The position numbers and the translations under genes were made by a program. This document shows positions 37,087 through 49,282 of a stretch of DNA of 64,000 nt, in pieces. Each line of letters opens with the position of its first letter. The first letter of the stretch is position 1. This stretch comes from Lytechinus pictus. Its lineage: Eukaryota. Location of the stretch: assembly GCF_037042905.1 (NCBI RefSeq), contig NC_087256.1, positions 26,908,001 through 26,972,000 of the forward strand, read 5' to 3'. The notes under the pieces were generated by a model. That model had not been told where the DNA came from. It made no database searches and saw nothing but the letters and a program-made list of their open reading frames with translations.

Positions 37087-39112
37087 TATACTGAGGGTCA
37101 AACAAAGAAAAGTTGAATATTTTGGTCTCAAAAGAAAGAGTGGGTTCTCCTGAATAGATTGATACCTTGCATTCAATACCTAATCTGACTAAACGTCTTA
37201 AAAGAAAAGAAAACGTCTCATTAGACGCCCCTGATTTTAATGTAAAAATACAGTGTTCCATTCATATATTTTGTGCGCTTCCTATAGGCTATGGTATTGC
37301 AGCTACAAGTTCTACTTGTTTGATGTCAATCAATAGGCTAAAATATATATTGTGTGGAGTTACAACTTCTTGTTAGCATGTTTAATTTTGTTCGAAGTGA
37401 TTTATTACCTTTTTTATTCGCATACAAATAAACAAAGTAAATAAAAGAAAATTGATAACAAACAAAGAGTGTAAGCAATTCTTGTGCTCATATCGCCTCT
37501 CTTCCTCATTATAACTCACAAGTTGGTGGGGGGGGGGGGGTGCTATAGATATATACCATCAACCCCGCCCTGCGTACAAGCTAGAAGGATAGGGTATGTA
37601 CCCCGACTCAGCTCGCCCCCCCCCCCCCCACCCCGCGTAGCTTTCAATGAAGTGAATAGTATTCAAGTGCGCAATCTATGATGTATAACATCTGACTGAG
37701 ACAAGTTTATGTATTTTAGTGTTTTGTTCATCTTTCTTTCTCGGCGTGCTCTAAATATTGAAAATAGGAATCCTTGATGATAATTAGAAGTTATGTATCA
37801 TTTTGAAAACCCTACTTATTTCATTTCACACTCTCAAACCAACCAGATCTGATCTCCTATTGGCAGTAGAAACTCGCATTTATGCATGATAAATGATAAT
37901 AGGCATTGAATATACATTTGAAAGCGTCATTTCAGCATCGTGATTGATAAATGCACCAAATGCCGAGTTATATACTTATCAACTGCTGTTAAACATAACA
38001 TATCACTTTGTATAAAACTGTTTGAAGCATTCTCACCACTGATTTCTAGCAGACGACGCCCAGCCATAGCAACGACAGTGTAGAAGTGTAGTCGCGCTAT
38101 ACTGAGGGTCAAACAAAGAAAAGTTGAATATTTTGGTCTTAAAAGAAAGAGTGGGTTCTCCTGAATAGATTGATACCTTGCATTCAATACCTAATCTGAC
38201 TAAACGTCTTAAAAGAAAAGAAAACGTCTCATTAGACGCCCCTGATTTTAATGTAAAAATACAGTGTTCCATTCATATATTTTGTGCGCTTCCTATAGGC
38301 TATGGTATTGCAGCTACAAGTTCTACTTGTTTGATGTCAATCAATAGGCTAAAATATATATTGTGTGGAGTTACAACTTCTTGTTAGCATGTTTAATTTT
38401 GTTCGAAGTGATTTATTACCTTTTTTATTCGCATACAAATAAACAAAGTAAATAAAAGAAAATTGATAACAAACAAAGAGTGTAAGCAATTCTTGTGCTC
38501 ATATCGCCTCTCTTCCTCATTATAACTCACAAGTTGGGGGAGGGGGTGCTATAGATATATACCATCAACCCCGCCCTGCGTACAAGCTAGGAGGATAGGG
38601 TATGTACCCCGACTCAGCTCGCCCCCCCCCCCCCCACCCCGCGTAGCTTTCAATGAAGTGAATAGTATTCAAGTGCGCAATCTATGATGTATAACATCTG
38701 ACTGAGACAAGTTTATGTATTTTAGTGTTTTGTTCATCTTTCTTTCTCGGCGTGCTCTAAATATTGAAAATAGGAATCCTTGATGATAATTAGAAGTTAT
38801 GTATCATTTTGAAAACCCTACTTATTTCATTTCACACTCTCAAACCAACCAGATCTGATCTCCTATTGGCAGTAGAAACTCGCATTTCTGCATGATAAAT
38901 GATAATAGGCATTGAATATACATTTGAAAGCGTCATTTCAGCATCGTGATTGATAAATGCACCAAATGCCGAGTTATATACTTATCAACTGCTGTTAAAC
39001 ATAACCTATCACTTTGTATAAAACTGTTTGAAGCATTCTCACCACTGATTTCTAGCAGACGACGCCCAGCCATAGCAACGACAGTGTAGAAGTGTAGTCG
39101 CGCTTGCCTATA
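37087..39112. repeat. Tandem duplication of a ~1011-bp cargo unit
   Basis: 37087-38097 is repeated from 38098; identical small ORFs at 37167 and 38178 (offset 1011). Confidence 0.95.
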
Positions 39113-39578
39113 GGGCACACATGAGTATTACAGACCCCCATTCACTCACGTGTTATATCATAGCTCATCAAAAAATCATTAAAAATCAATCCCTCGATAG
39201 ATTTTGCTTTAATTCACTGACATTAGTCACAATTAACAGTACATTAAGACTTGATATGTTAATCAGGTACTTGCCCAGCTCAATCAAAAGTTAAATGGCC
39301 TGAAATAAGACTAACCATAATTTCGGCCAGTTCATTGCCAGAAAAAACATAACTGCATTGTGGGTAATAATAATTAAAATGAAAGACAAAAATGCAGTCT
39401 AGCCTCCCCAATGCCTTAATTATGAAAGAGTATGAACATAGCATTATCTCTATTGTTCTTTTGATATACAAACATTTGATCTATTTTTAATGAATTATTT
39501 TAATCAATAAAGTCATGTGATCTTTACTTACGCCTGTCCGGCATGCTTTGCGCGGAGATGAATTACTCTCGTGTGCCC
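39113..39578. mobile_element. MITE, right copy
   Basis: Direct repeat of 36617-37086. Confidence 0.85.
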
Positions 39579-40232
39579 AGAAGCTAAAACTATGCGATGC
39601 ATGTTGAAGTGTCAGTCATTTTGACATCGCTCTTGGATAATGGCCGGTTTAGATTATGGTTCAAGGCGTTTTGAGCACTCATGGTTAAAAAAAACTTTTT
39701 TTTTAACCAAGGATGTTTGATATGCCATTCAGTGTTTGACAGCAGCTATTAGGAGACAGTTGGCCATTTTGCACGCATCCGTTTCTTTGGAGAGCCGAGG
39801 CACAAATATCCTATAAATATTTCATTATTTGAGCTAGATCGTTAATTCGCTCAAGGAAACTAGGACGCAGCTTACAGTGACAATTTCAAAAGCACTCAAG
39901 ACAGTCTAAACACGAATCCACTCTTGTCAATCTTTCAAATTTGAAATAAAAGTTAACTTGAGGAGACGAAGTACTTTGTCATAATTGTAGGTTATCCTTG
40001 ATGAGAAACTCGAGCGTAACGGTGAAATCAACTGCAGATGAATATAAATAGCTTGGAGATTTTATATATTATATACATATATATATAAATGCTGCCATGT
40101 ACATTGTTTTTGAAATCGTGCTTTAAGGTGTATTTTAAAATTGATTTGGAGGCTTGCATGCCATAGTATTTTGTGTTCTTTCTACTACTGTTCTCCAGAA
40201 TATCACACTGCAGAAAACATATTGAACCGATT

Positions 40233-41348
40233 ATGGAAAATACAACTCTCTTAGATTTTCTCAATGCATCTATTGCCACTACACAAACCATGTACCCTAC
40301 CACAGATGTACAGGATATCACCAGCACTTCAGATTCAGGATTCGATTTCACGATGATTCCAAGTGCTTCATCGGAAAGAAGTGTCGTTCCCTTCCGCCAT
40401 CGCGTAATTGTTGCATCCGTCTTGTTCGTAATCGCATTGGTCGGTCTTTTGGGCAACTCCCTCGTCATCATTTCAGTTATTGTTAGCAAAAACCTACGGA
40501 CGATCACCAATATTCTGGTCGTCAATCTCGCTTTCGCCGATATCTTGACGTGTTCCTTTATACCTTTCCAAAGTGTTGGTCTCCTAAGTCAGACAGGAAC
40601 TTACCCAGTGAACGAGGGGGTCTGCGCAACAGTGGCCGCAGTACTCTACATTAGCGTCTGCTGCAGTGCATACACTCTTGTAGCAATAGCATTTATAAGG
40701 TGGTATGTCATCACCAAGTCTATCCGAGGACATCAAGGTCTTCATACTCCCAAGAGAATCATCGTCGTAGCTGTGATAATCTGGATGTTCTCGGTATCAG
40801 CCATGGTCCTACCTCCAGTGTTTGGTCTCGGGACACTCGGCTACTCCGAATATTACAGCACATGTTCTTTAAAAGGTGGGCAAACATCCACAACTTATTA
40901 CGTCGTACTTCAAGGAACCTTGGCAGCAGTTGCTCTTCTGCTCACTCTTACACTCTACACTTTGATTCTGAGTCATGTTTGTCGACACAATGACCAATTT
41001 CGAAACAAGTACGCAACAGATGATGAGACCAAGTCCACGTCAGCAAGTAAACGCGGAGGCCAAGCTTCTTCATCTGATTCTGGAGGTTCTCATCCACCCA
41101 TGATCAAGGCAATCAACCAAAAGGAAATCGAGATCACTAAGAATCTTTTCATGGTCGTTTGTGTTTTCATGTTCTGTTTCCTAGCCACTGTTGTTAATTT
41201 CGTCATCCCCGGTTCTAGTGCCGTTACTCTGTACACTACTATGATACTGTTAGGGAACAGTGTAGCCAATCCGATCGTGTATGGTTTGAAGCATCCGAAC
41301 TTTCAGGTGGTCTTCAAGAAAATCCTAAGCTGTCGATCTGTAGGATAG
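40233..41348 (+). CDS. Intronless class A GPCR, array copy 2 (371 aa)
   Basis: Same motifs as copy 1; intact ORF. Confidence 0.95.
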   Translation: MENTTLLDFLNASIATTQTMYPTTDVQDITSTSDSGFDFTMIPSASSERSVVPFRHRVIVASVLFVIALVGLLGNSLVIISVIVSKNLRTITNILVVNLAFADILTCSFIPFQSVGLLSQTGTYPVNEGVCATVAAVLYISVCCSAYTLVAIAFIRWYVITKSIRGHQGLHTPKRIIVVAVIIWMFSVSAMVLPPVFGLGTLGYSEYYSTCSLKGGQTSTTYYVVLQGTLAAVALLLTLTLYTLILSHVCRHNDQFRNKYATDDETKSTSASKRGGQASSSDSGGSHPPMIKAINQKEIEITKNLFMVVCVFMFCFLATVVNFVIPGSSAVTLYTTMILLGNSVANPIVYGLKHPNFQVVFKKILSCRSVG

Positions 41349-41430
41349 ATTTGTCATAGAAATTAAATCATGGAAGGATTTCTGTTACTGCTTGACTGAC
41401 AAATTCTACATCTGACTGAAACGCGTAGAT

Positions 41431-42442
41431 CAGTCATTCTCAATTAAGCTCCACATTTCTTGTTGAGAATCTGTACTGTTCCCCTAGCGCTAACGAGCCA
41501 AATATTGCTGAGGGGCCCCTGGTGGGCTCGAGGGGGCGGAGCCCCTTGAAGCTTTGGAATATGAGGCTTTTTAAATGGCCACGAGGGGGTCTAAAAAGAA
41601 ACACAAATGCAAACAAACTACACAATTTATTAATTTTTAAATGATAAGTGACTTTTCATAACATACCAGTGATACCGCTAGTTCTCGAAGGCATGAACAC
41701 ATCACAGCAGGCAATACCTTGCAGCATTTCTCTTTCACAACCTTGGATTTTAAATAATCGGCTTCGGAAACAAAGTTTCTGATTTTCAATATGTCTAAAA
41801 CTCCTTACTTCTGTGAAAATTATTTGTTGGTTAAAACTTACCCGACTTACTTTTTGTGATGCCACACTAATATGCAGATTAAGAACTTTATTTTATATCT
41901 GTATAATTTTATGTCACCACATTTTCCGATATGATGTGCTTTGCCAGGAGTCCAAGTTGTTGATTAAAAGCCTGGCTTTATTGTCATCATTTCAAATGCT
42001 GCATCATTCTGAGCAGTTCCATAAATTTTCAATGTATAATCTGGAAATGCGAAATTACTAGCCGTAGAAATAGTTGAAAACGTGATAGATATCCGATGAA
42101 CGGGGCTATCAGATCACTTGTGATCATAGACAGATAGAGATAATTTGTATACCTCTCTCGTGATGCACATGACTATTGACAGTTGCACATGAATCCATAC
42201 ACCAAGCATATAAAAACCATAACGTTAGAATAAAATAAAAATAAAATAAAAATAAAATCAATAAAGACTTAAGTTTAAATTATAACTGACTTGTTTTTCC
42301 CTTTGTGTAAAATTATCATCAAACATCAAACATCTCAATTTACATTTTTCCCATTTTGTTCATACCGGCTAGCTCCCACGCGCCACTCCGCAAGGCTCGG
42401 TGCGCCACAAGTGGCACGCGGGCCGCTATTTGAGAATCCCTG
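41431..42442. mobile_element. hAT-like element in the GPCR 3' flank
   Basis: CAGTCATTCTCAA..TTGAGAATCCCTG TIR; perfect 8-bp TSD GCGTAGAT. Confidence 0.85.
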
Positions 42443-42729
42443 GCGTAGATCATACATGTATAAGATATCTTTTTCATAAGTGACAAGAGTAGGCCTAGTA
42501 TTACGCGTTATTTAGACAAACTGACTACCTCAGGGTCAGCCCGAGGGTCAGCAAACGCAGTTGCTAAACAAAGGACACGGTACGCCTCGGTCCACTTATG
42601 TTCCTAGCAATGATAAATAGCGCACTCCAAACATCAACATATATGTTACGATTGATGATATGAATTTTATTTTTATTTTTAATTTGAATTTATTGATGAA
42701 TTTTATTCACTTGACATACACATTTGTTT

Positions 42730-43079
42730 TATAATACATAATAATCGGCTTTTATAAAGCGCGTAATACATCGGAACGACGTCTCTAAGCGCTTGACAGA
42801 TATTATTACCCATGTCTTAAGATCCTGGCATGCCCGCACATAATGCATGCACTCTCTCCACTCCAATGGGGAGCATTCCAACAAGAGTTCTAAGACCCGA
42901 CTGCTAAGCATACTACGTAGGCTGTCGCATCTACCGGGTACCCATTTAACACCTGGGTGAAGAGTGGCAAAGTGTGGATTTTGACGTCTTGCCAAAGGAC
43001 GCTAGGCCACGGTGTGATTCGAACACACGATCCTCTGATTACAAGGCGAGAGTCAGAACCGCTACATCACGACGTTTCC
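42730..43079 (-). mobile_element. tRNA-derived SINE (duplicate of 20686)
   Basis: Same sequence and context. Confidence 0.85.
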
Positions 43080-43253
43080 ATAATACAATATGACATTTGG
43101 AGATGCTTGCAGTATGGGTGGATAAAGTGTGGTTCCGGATGCTTTAGACTCGCTATTGGTGCCAATAGCCGTCATATACACGATTTAGTCCCACTAAATG
43201 CAAGGCCATGCAGATTACCTTCACCGAAGCTCGCCCTCATTCTCTAGTTCTTA

Positions 43254-43932
43254 AAGGACGTGAAATAAAGGGAGTGCAGAAAATTGGAGGCCTGTGAAGA
43301 CTCTATATCGAGAGTCAAAACTCTAGAATAAAACTCATTACAAATGGAATAAATATGAGAAACGCAAACGTAACAGTGTACGACAAAAACCCTTTTCTTT
43401 CCGCTGGGAAAGAAAATAGCCTACGCCTAGTGATTAGAGATATCCCCCTATCTGCACATGATACTTTGATAGCTGATGAACTTGATAAATTGAACTGTAA
43501 GATACTTGGTCCTATAATCTACCAGAGGCTAAGGGTGGATGGTCAATTGACGGACTGCTTCACTGGTGACAGAGTTGTGTACATACAGTCGCCCCCAAAC
43601 CCTTGCCCAGATTCATGAACTTTGGCCCCTTCAAAGGGAAGATATTTCACTTTGGCCAGATCCCATCTACCCCTTGATCTACTGTGGTGGGTTCAAGATG
43701 TCTGAGCGAAGGTCATCACCGCTCACTGTGTAGCAATCCTGTCGTTTGTCGTCGATGTAAACAGCCAGGCCATCTTCAAATGCAGTGCTCTTTTGATGCC
43801 ACGCCCACCTCGCAGAGCAATACCTTTGATAGCCACGCCGAAGATCTTACGGCAGCCACAACCAGCCCAGCGGAACAAGCCATTGACCAGCTTGTAGCTT
43901 CGAAACGCCAAGCGAGTTCGCTCAAGCATTAA
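43254..43932 (+). pseudogene. Tx1/L1-type ORF1 remnant with two CCHC knuckles
   Basis: (G)SRCLSEGHHRSLC-SNPVV-CRRCKQPGHLQMQC; 5'-deleted. Confidence 0.8.
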
Positions 43933-45955
43933 CAAAACTTTATTTTTTAATGGCATTTGAAAGATAGGACTTCGTAGCACCTATTAACACCAAAATTTTA
44001 TAGACTTTTCAAATCTGTCCCGTTTTTTTTTATACGCACTGTAGTAGCGCGGAAATAGAAAGGATGTAAGCGTACGCATCTCGTATATAAAGTATTCAAA
44101 ACCTCCGGTAAAACGTACCCCACTTCCATCCGCTTTCATGTGCTAGGCTTCCGATAAACATTCATTTAACATCCCCACTACATACTACCCACGTCCCTTT
44201 TTTCCGCTCTGTTTTCGCAAATTTTCGCCACCATTTATCTATTTCTAGAGCGGATAAAAACGGATGGAGCCACCCCCGAAATGTTGCTCGTCCGCTGTGT
44301 CCTTTGTGCAAACGTTTTGTGTCCGTCGGCCAGTGGGACCAGGATCTAATTCTCATATTGTTGGTTTCGAACGTGCTTCAGAGCTTTGTGTTCAAATTTC
44401 ACGAAATATTGTCTTCATCAAAATGGACGTTTTCTTAAGATTTTGGTAGGTGCACGGGTCTCCAAAAAAATTCCCAAAGTCAAAGTGGTCCTCGAGTAAA
44501 AAAAGGTTGAGAAGCGCTGCCATACATAGGGGAATCATTGGGGTATCGCGTCGCATTCAATTTAGGGCCTACTGTTATACGTATGCACATGTAGGCTATT
44601 TTACGGGGGGGGGGGGGCTAAGTAGTCAAGTTACGGTTACCTTGGCGACAACTATAATTTTTGATATGATATTGTAAGATAATAATTTCAGGGTATTTGT
44701 AACATAATAAAGTTCATGTACGTCGTATGAATATAGGATAGTCGTATAAATAAACGTTTTGTATTGAATCAATAAACCTGATAAAACAGACATTCTGACG
44801 CGAACCCCCCCCCCCCCTATATCCGTACGGTAACCTTCTCATTTAAAAGGGTTGATTTACACTGTTAGAAAATTTATCCTTAAAATAAAAGAAGTTCCTG
44901 CAGCAGAGTCTCCAGAACACCTGTAATATTACCAGATTGCGTAATCTTACAGGAAATTGGTATTTGGTGTATGTAACCTTACAAATTTTCTTTAATAAAA
45001 CGCCCTTTTCCCCTTTTTAAACAGAACTGTTCTGTTAAATTGCAGAAAAATTCCTGTTTTAGGAATTTACACAGTGATTCTGTTACTGCTTTCTGCAAAA
45101 TCTTTTTTTCTGCAAAATCAAGGTTTTTTTAAGTGTAGTTTGTAAAGTTATAAGTAGGCCTATCTATTGACCCTCTGTGGAGCTAATCTATGACGTTGTA
45201 CATAAGCATTTATATAATTATATTGGGGGCCCTACATATGTAATTTGTCCAACTCAAACTTAATTGGAGGACTTTTGATTAGCCCCGATCAAAGAGTTCC
45301 AATTCGATATCACGACAATTAAAAGTTAAACTAATTGCTCATGGGGCGATCACTTATCAAAGTTTTAAACGGGCGGCTGCGGGATGACTGTCATAATACA
45401 AAATTGCCTTGATCTATCAAACCGTACTTCAAATCCTGGGAGTGTTTCACAAAAAAAGAGTCGCACTTAAAGGACAAGTCCACTCCGACAAAAAGTTTAT
45501 TTGAATAAAAAGATAAAAATCCAACGAGATAAACACTGAAAATTTCATCAAAATCGCATGTAAAATAAGAAAGTTATGACATTTTAAAGTTTCGCTTAAT
45601 TTCACAAAACAGTTATGCACATCCTGGTTGGCTTGCAAATGAGGAGACTGGTGACGTCATCCACTCACTATTTACTTTGTATTTTATTACATGAAATGTG
45701 AAATATTCTAATTTCCCCTCACTGTCAAGCGAAACAAAGATTAATTCCTCCCTGAACACATGGAATTATCATTACTCTAATACTATATGGTTTAGTCAAG
45801 TTGACCCTTATTGTCAAACCTGTAAAAATTAAATATTGTATAAGCCAAAAAAAAAAAAAAAAAAACAGTGAGTGAGGGACAGTTGTGCATACAACTGTTT
45901 TGTGGAAAATGGCATTAGCCGACATGGTCATTTGACGAAGTGGCACTATCATAAC

Positions 45956-46189
45956 ATTTTATCCAAGAGCGATGTCTAAATGACTGACACTTCAACATGC
46001 ATCGCATAGTTTTAGCTTCTCCGCTCTTCTTGCCATCAACTGCATAGGTGGATCCAGGGGGGGGGGATCCACCTATGCTGGATCCCCCTGGATCCACCTA
46101 TGCAGTTGATGGCGAGAAGAGCGGAGAAGCTAAAACTATGCGATGCATGTTGAAGTGTCAGTCATTTAGACATCGCTCTTGGATAAAAT
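45956..46189. repeat. ~105-bp inverted duplication (hairpin)
   Basis: 45956-46060 is the reverse complement of about 46085-46189 (about one mismatch). Confidence 0.92.
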
Positions 46190-46785
46190 TAAAATGGCCG
46201 GTTTAGATTATGGTTCAAGGCGTTTTGAGCACTCATGGTTAAAAAAACCCTTTTTTCAACCAAGGATGTTTGATATGCCATTCAGTGTTTGACAGCAGCT
46301 ATTAGGAGACAATTGGCCATTTTGCACGCACCCGTTTCTTTGGAGAGCCGAGGCACAAATATCCTATAAATATTTCATTATTTGAGCTAGATCGTTAATT
46401 CGCTCAAGGAAACTAGGACGCAGCCTACAGTGACAATTTCAAAAGCACTCAAGACAGTCTAAACACGAATCCACTCTTGTCAATTTTTCAAATTTGAAAT
46501 AAAAGTTAACTTGAGGAGACGAAGTACTTTGTCATAATTGTAGGTTATCCTTGATGAGAAACTCGAGCGTAACGGTGAAATCAACTGCAGATGAATATAA
46601 ATAGCTTGGAGATTTTATATATTATATACATATATATATAAATGCTGCCATGTACATTGTTTTTGAAATCGTGCTTTAAGGTGTATTTTAAAATTGATTT
46701 GGAGGCTTGCATGCCATAGTATTTTGTGTTCTTTCTACTACTGTTCTCCAGAATATCACACTGCAGAAAACATATTGAACCGATT

Positions 46786-47901
46786 ATGGAAAATACAACT
46801 CTCTTAGATTTTCTCAATGCATCTATTGCCACTACACAAACCATGTACCCTACCACAGATGTACAGGATATCACCAGCACTTCAGATTCAGGATTCGATT
46901 TCACGATGATTCCAAGTGCTTCATCGGAAAGAAGTGTCGTTCCCTTCCGCCATCGCGTAATTGTTGCATCCGTCTTGTTCGTAATCGCATTGGTCGGTCT
47001 TTTGGGCAACTCCCTCGTCATCATTTCAGTTATTGTTAGCAAAAACCTACGGACGATCACCAATATTCTGGTCGTCAATCTCGCTTTCGCCGATATCTTG
47101 ACGTGTTCCTTTATACCTTTCCAAAGTGTTGGTCTCCTAAGTCAGACAGGAACTTACCCAGTGAACGAGGGGGTCTGCGCAACAGTGGCCGCAGTACTCT
47201 ACATTAGCGTCTGCTGCAGTGCATACACTCTTGTAGCAATAGCATTTATAAGGTGGTATGTCATCACCAAGTCTATCCGAGGACATCAAGGTCTTCATAC
47301 TCCCAAGAGAATCATCGTCGTAGCTGTGATAATCTGGATGTTCTCGGTATCAGCCATGGTCCTACCTCCAGTGTTTGGTCTCGGGACACTCGGCTACTCC
47401 GAATATTACAGCACATGTTCTTTAAAAGGTGGGCAAACATCCACAACTTATTACGTCGTACTTCAAGGAACCTTGGCAGCAGTTGCTCTTCTGCTCACTC
47501 TTACACTCTACACTTTGATTCTGAGTCATGTTTGTCGACACAATGACCAATTTCGAAACAAGTACGCAACAGATGATGAGACCAAGTCCACGTCAGCAAG
47601 TAAACGCGGAGGCCAAGCTTCTTCATCTGATTCTGGAGGTTCTCATCCACCCATGATCAAGGCAATCAACCAAAAGGAAATCGAGATCACTAAGAATCTT
47701 TTCATGGTCGTTTGTGTTTTCATGTTCTGTTTCCTAGCCACTGTTGTTAATTTCGTCATCCCCGGTTCTAGTGCCGTTACTCTGTACACTACTATGATAC
47801 TGTTAGGGAACAGTGTAGCCAATCCGATCGTGTATGGTTTGAAGCATCCGAACTTTCAGGTGGTCTTCAAGAAAATCCTAAGCTGTCGATCTGTAGGATA
47901 G
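46786..47901 (+). CDS. Intronless class A GPCR, array copy 3 (protein identical to copy 2)
   Basis: Identical translation in the ORF track. Confidence 0.93.
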   Translation: MENTTLLDFLNASIATTQTMYPTTDVQDITSTSDSGFDFTMIPSASSERSVVPFRHRVIVASVLFVIALVGLLGNSLVIISVIVSKNLRTITNILVVNLAFADILTCSFIPFQSVGLLSQTGTYPVNEGVCATVAAVLYISVCCSAYTLVAIAFIRWYVITKSIRGHQGLHTPKRIIVVAVIIWMFSVSAMVLPPVFGLGTLGYSEYYSTCSLKGGQTSTTYYVVLQGTLAAVALLLTLTLYTLILSHVCRHNDQFRNKYATDDETKSTSASKRGGQASSSDSGGSHPPMIKAINQKEIEITKNLFMVVCVFMFCFLATVVNFVIPGSSAVTLYTTMILLGNSVANPIVYGLKHPNFQVVFKKILSCRSVG

Positions 47902-47983
47902 ATTTGTCATAGAAATTAAATCATGGAAGGATTTCTGTTACTGCTTGACTGACAAATTCTACATCTGACTGAAACGCGTAGAT

Positions 47984-48995
47984 CAGTCATTCTCAATTAA
48001 GCTCCACATTTCTTGTTGAGAATCTGTACTGTTCCCCTAGCGCTAACGAGCCAAATATTGCTGAGGGGCCCCTGGTGGGCTCGAGGGGGCGGAGCCCCTT
48101 GAAGCTTTGGAATATGAGGCTTTTTAAATGGCCACGAGGGGGTCTAAAAAGAAACACAAATGCAAACAAACTACACAATTTATTAATTTTTAAATGATAA
48201 GTGACTTTTCATAACATACCAGTGATACCGCTAGTTCTCGAAGGCATGAACACATCACAGCAGGCAATACCTTGCAGCATTTCTCTTTCACAACCTTGGA
48301 TTTTAAATAATCGGCTTCGGAAACAAAGTTTCTGATTTTCAATATGTCTAAAACTCCTTACTTCTGTGAAAATTATTTGTTGGTTAAAACTTACCCGACT
48401 TACTTTTTGTGATGCCACACTAATATGCAGATTAAGAACTTTATTTTATATCTGTATAATTTTATGTCACCACATTTTCCGATATGATGTGCTTTGCCAG
48501 GAGTCCAAGTTGTTGATTAAAAGCCTGGCTTTATTGTCATCATTTCAAATGCTGCATCATTCTGAGCAGTTCCATAAATTTTCAATGTATAATCTGGAAA
48601 TGCGAAATTACTAGCCGTAGAAATAGTTGAAAACGTGATAGATATCCGATGAACGGGGCTATCAGATCACTTGTGATCATAGACAGATAGAGATAATTTG
48701 TATACCTCTCTCGTGATGCACATGACTATTGACAGTTGCACATGAATCCATACACCAAGCATATAAAAACCATAACGTTAGAATAAAATAAAAATAAAAT
48801 AAAAATAAAATCAATAAAGACTTAAGTTTAAATTATAACTGACTTGTTTTTCCCTTTGTGTAAAATTATCATCAAACATCAAACATCTCAATTTACATTT
48901 TTCCCATTTTGTTCATACCGGCTAGCTCCCACGCGCCACTCCGCAAGGCTCGGTGCGCCACAAGTGGCACGCGGGCCGCTATTTGAGAATCCCTG
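47984..48995. mobile_element. hAT-like element (duplicate of 41431)
   Basis: Same TIR and TSD. Confidence 0.85.
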
Positions 48996-49282
48996 GCGTA
49001 GATCATACATGTATAAGATATCTTTTTCATAAGTGACAAGAGTAGGCCTAGTATTACGCGTTATTTAGACAAACTGACTACCTCAGGGTCAGCCCGAGGG
49101 TCAGCAAACGCAGTTGCTAAACAAAGGACACGGTACGCCTCGGTCCACTTATGTTCCTAGCAATGATAAATAGCGCACTCCAAACATCAACATATATGTT
49201 ACGATTGATGATATGAATTTTATTTTTATTTTTAATTTGAATTTATTGATGAATTTTATTCACTTGACATACACATTTGTTT

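Larger units (their letters stand above)
36617..39578. mobile_element. Composite element: MITE + 2 x 1-kb cargo + MITE, 4-bp TSD AGAA
   Basis: AGAA at 36613-36616 and 39579-39582. Empty site GCGGAGAAGC in paralogs near 17341, 46120 and 52676. Confidence 0.9.

Noticed and set aside
36617-39578. LTR retrotransposon/TRIM interpretation
   Set aside because: The repeats end GGG..CCC with their own TIRs rather than TG..CA, and no PBS or PPT is evident. Disfavoured but not fully excluded.
40028-40993. Antisense and alternate-frame ORFs over the GPCRs (165 aa, 97 aa, 147 aa; also 284-604)
   Set aside because: Shadows of the GPCR frame; they recur only because of the duplication.
43254-43932. Host ZCCHC-type gene co-duplicated with the GPCR
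   Set aside because: Frameshifts, stops and truncation in all three copies indicate a retrotransposon ORF1 remnant.
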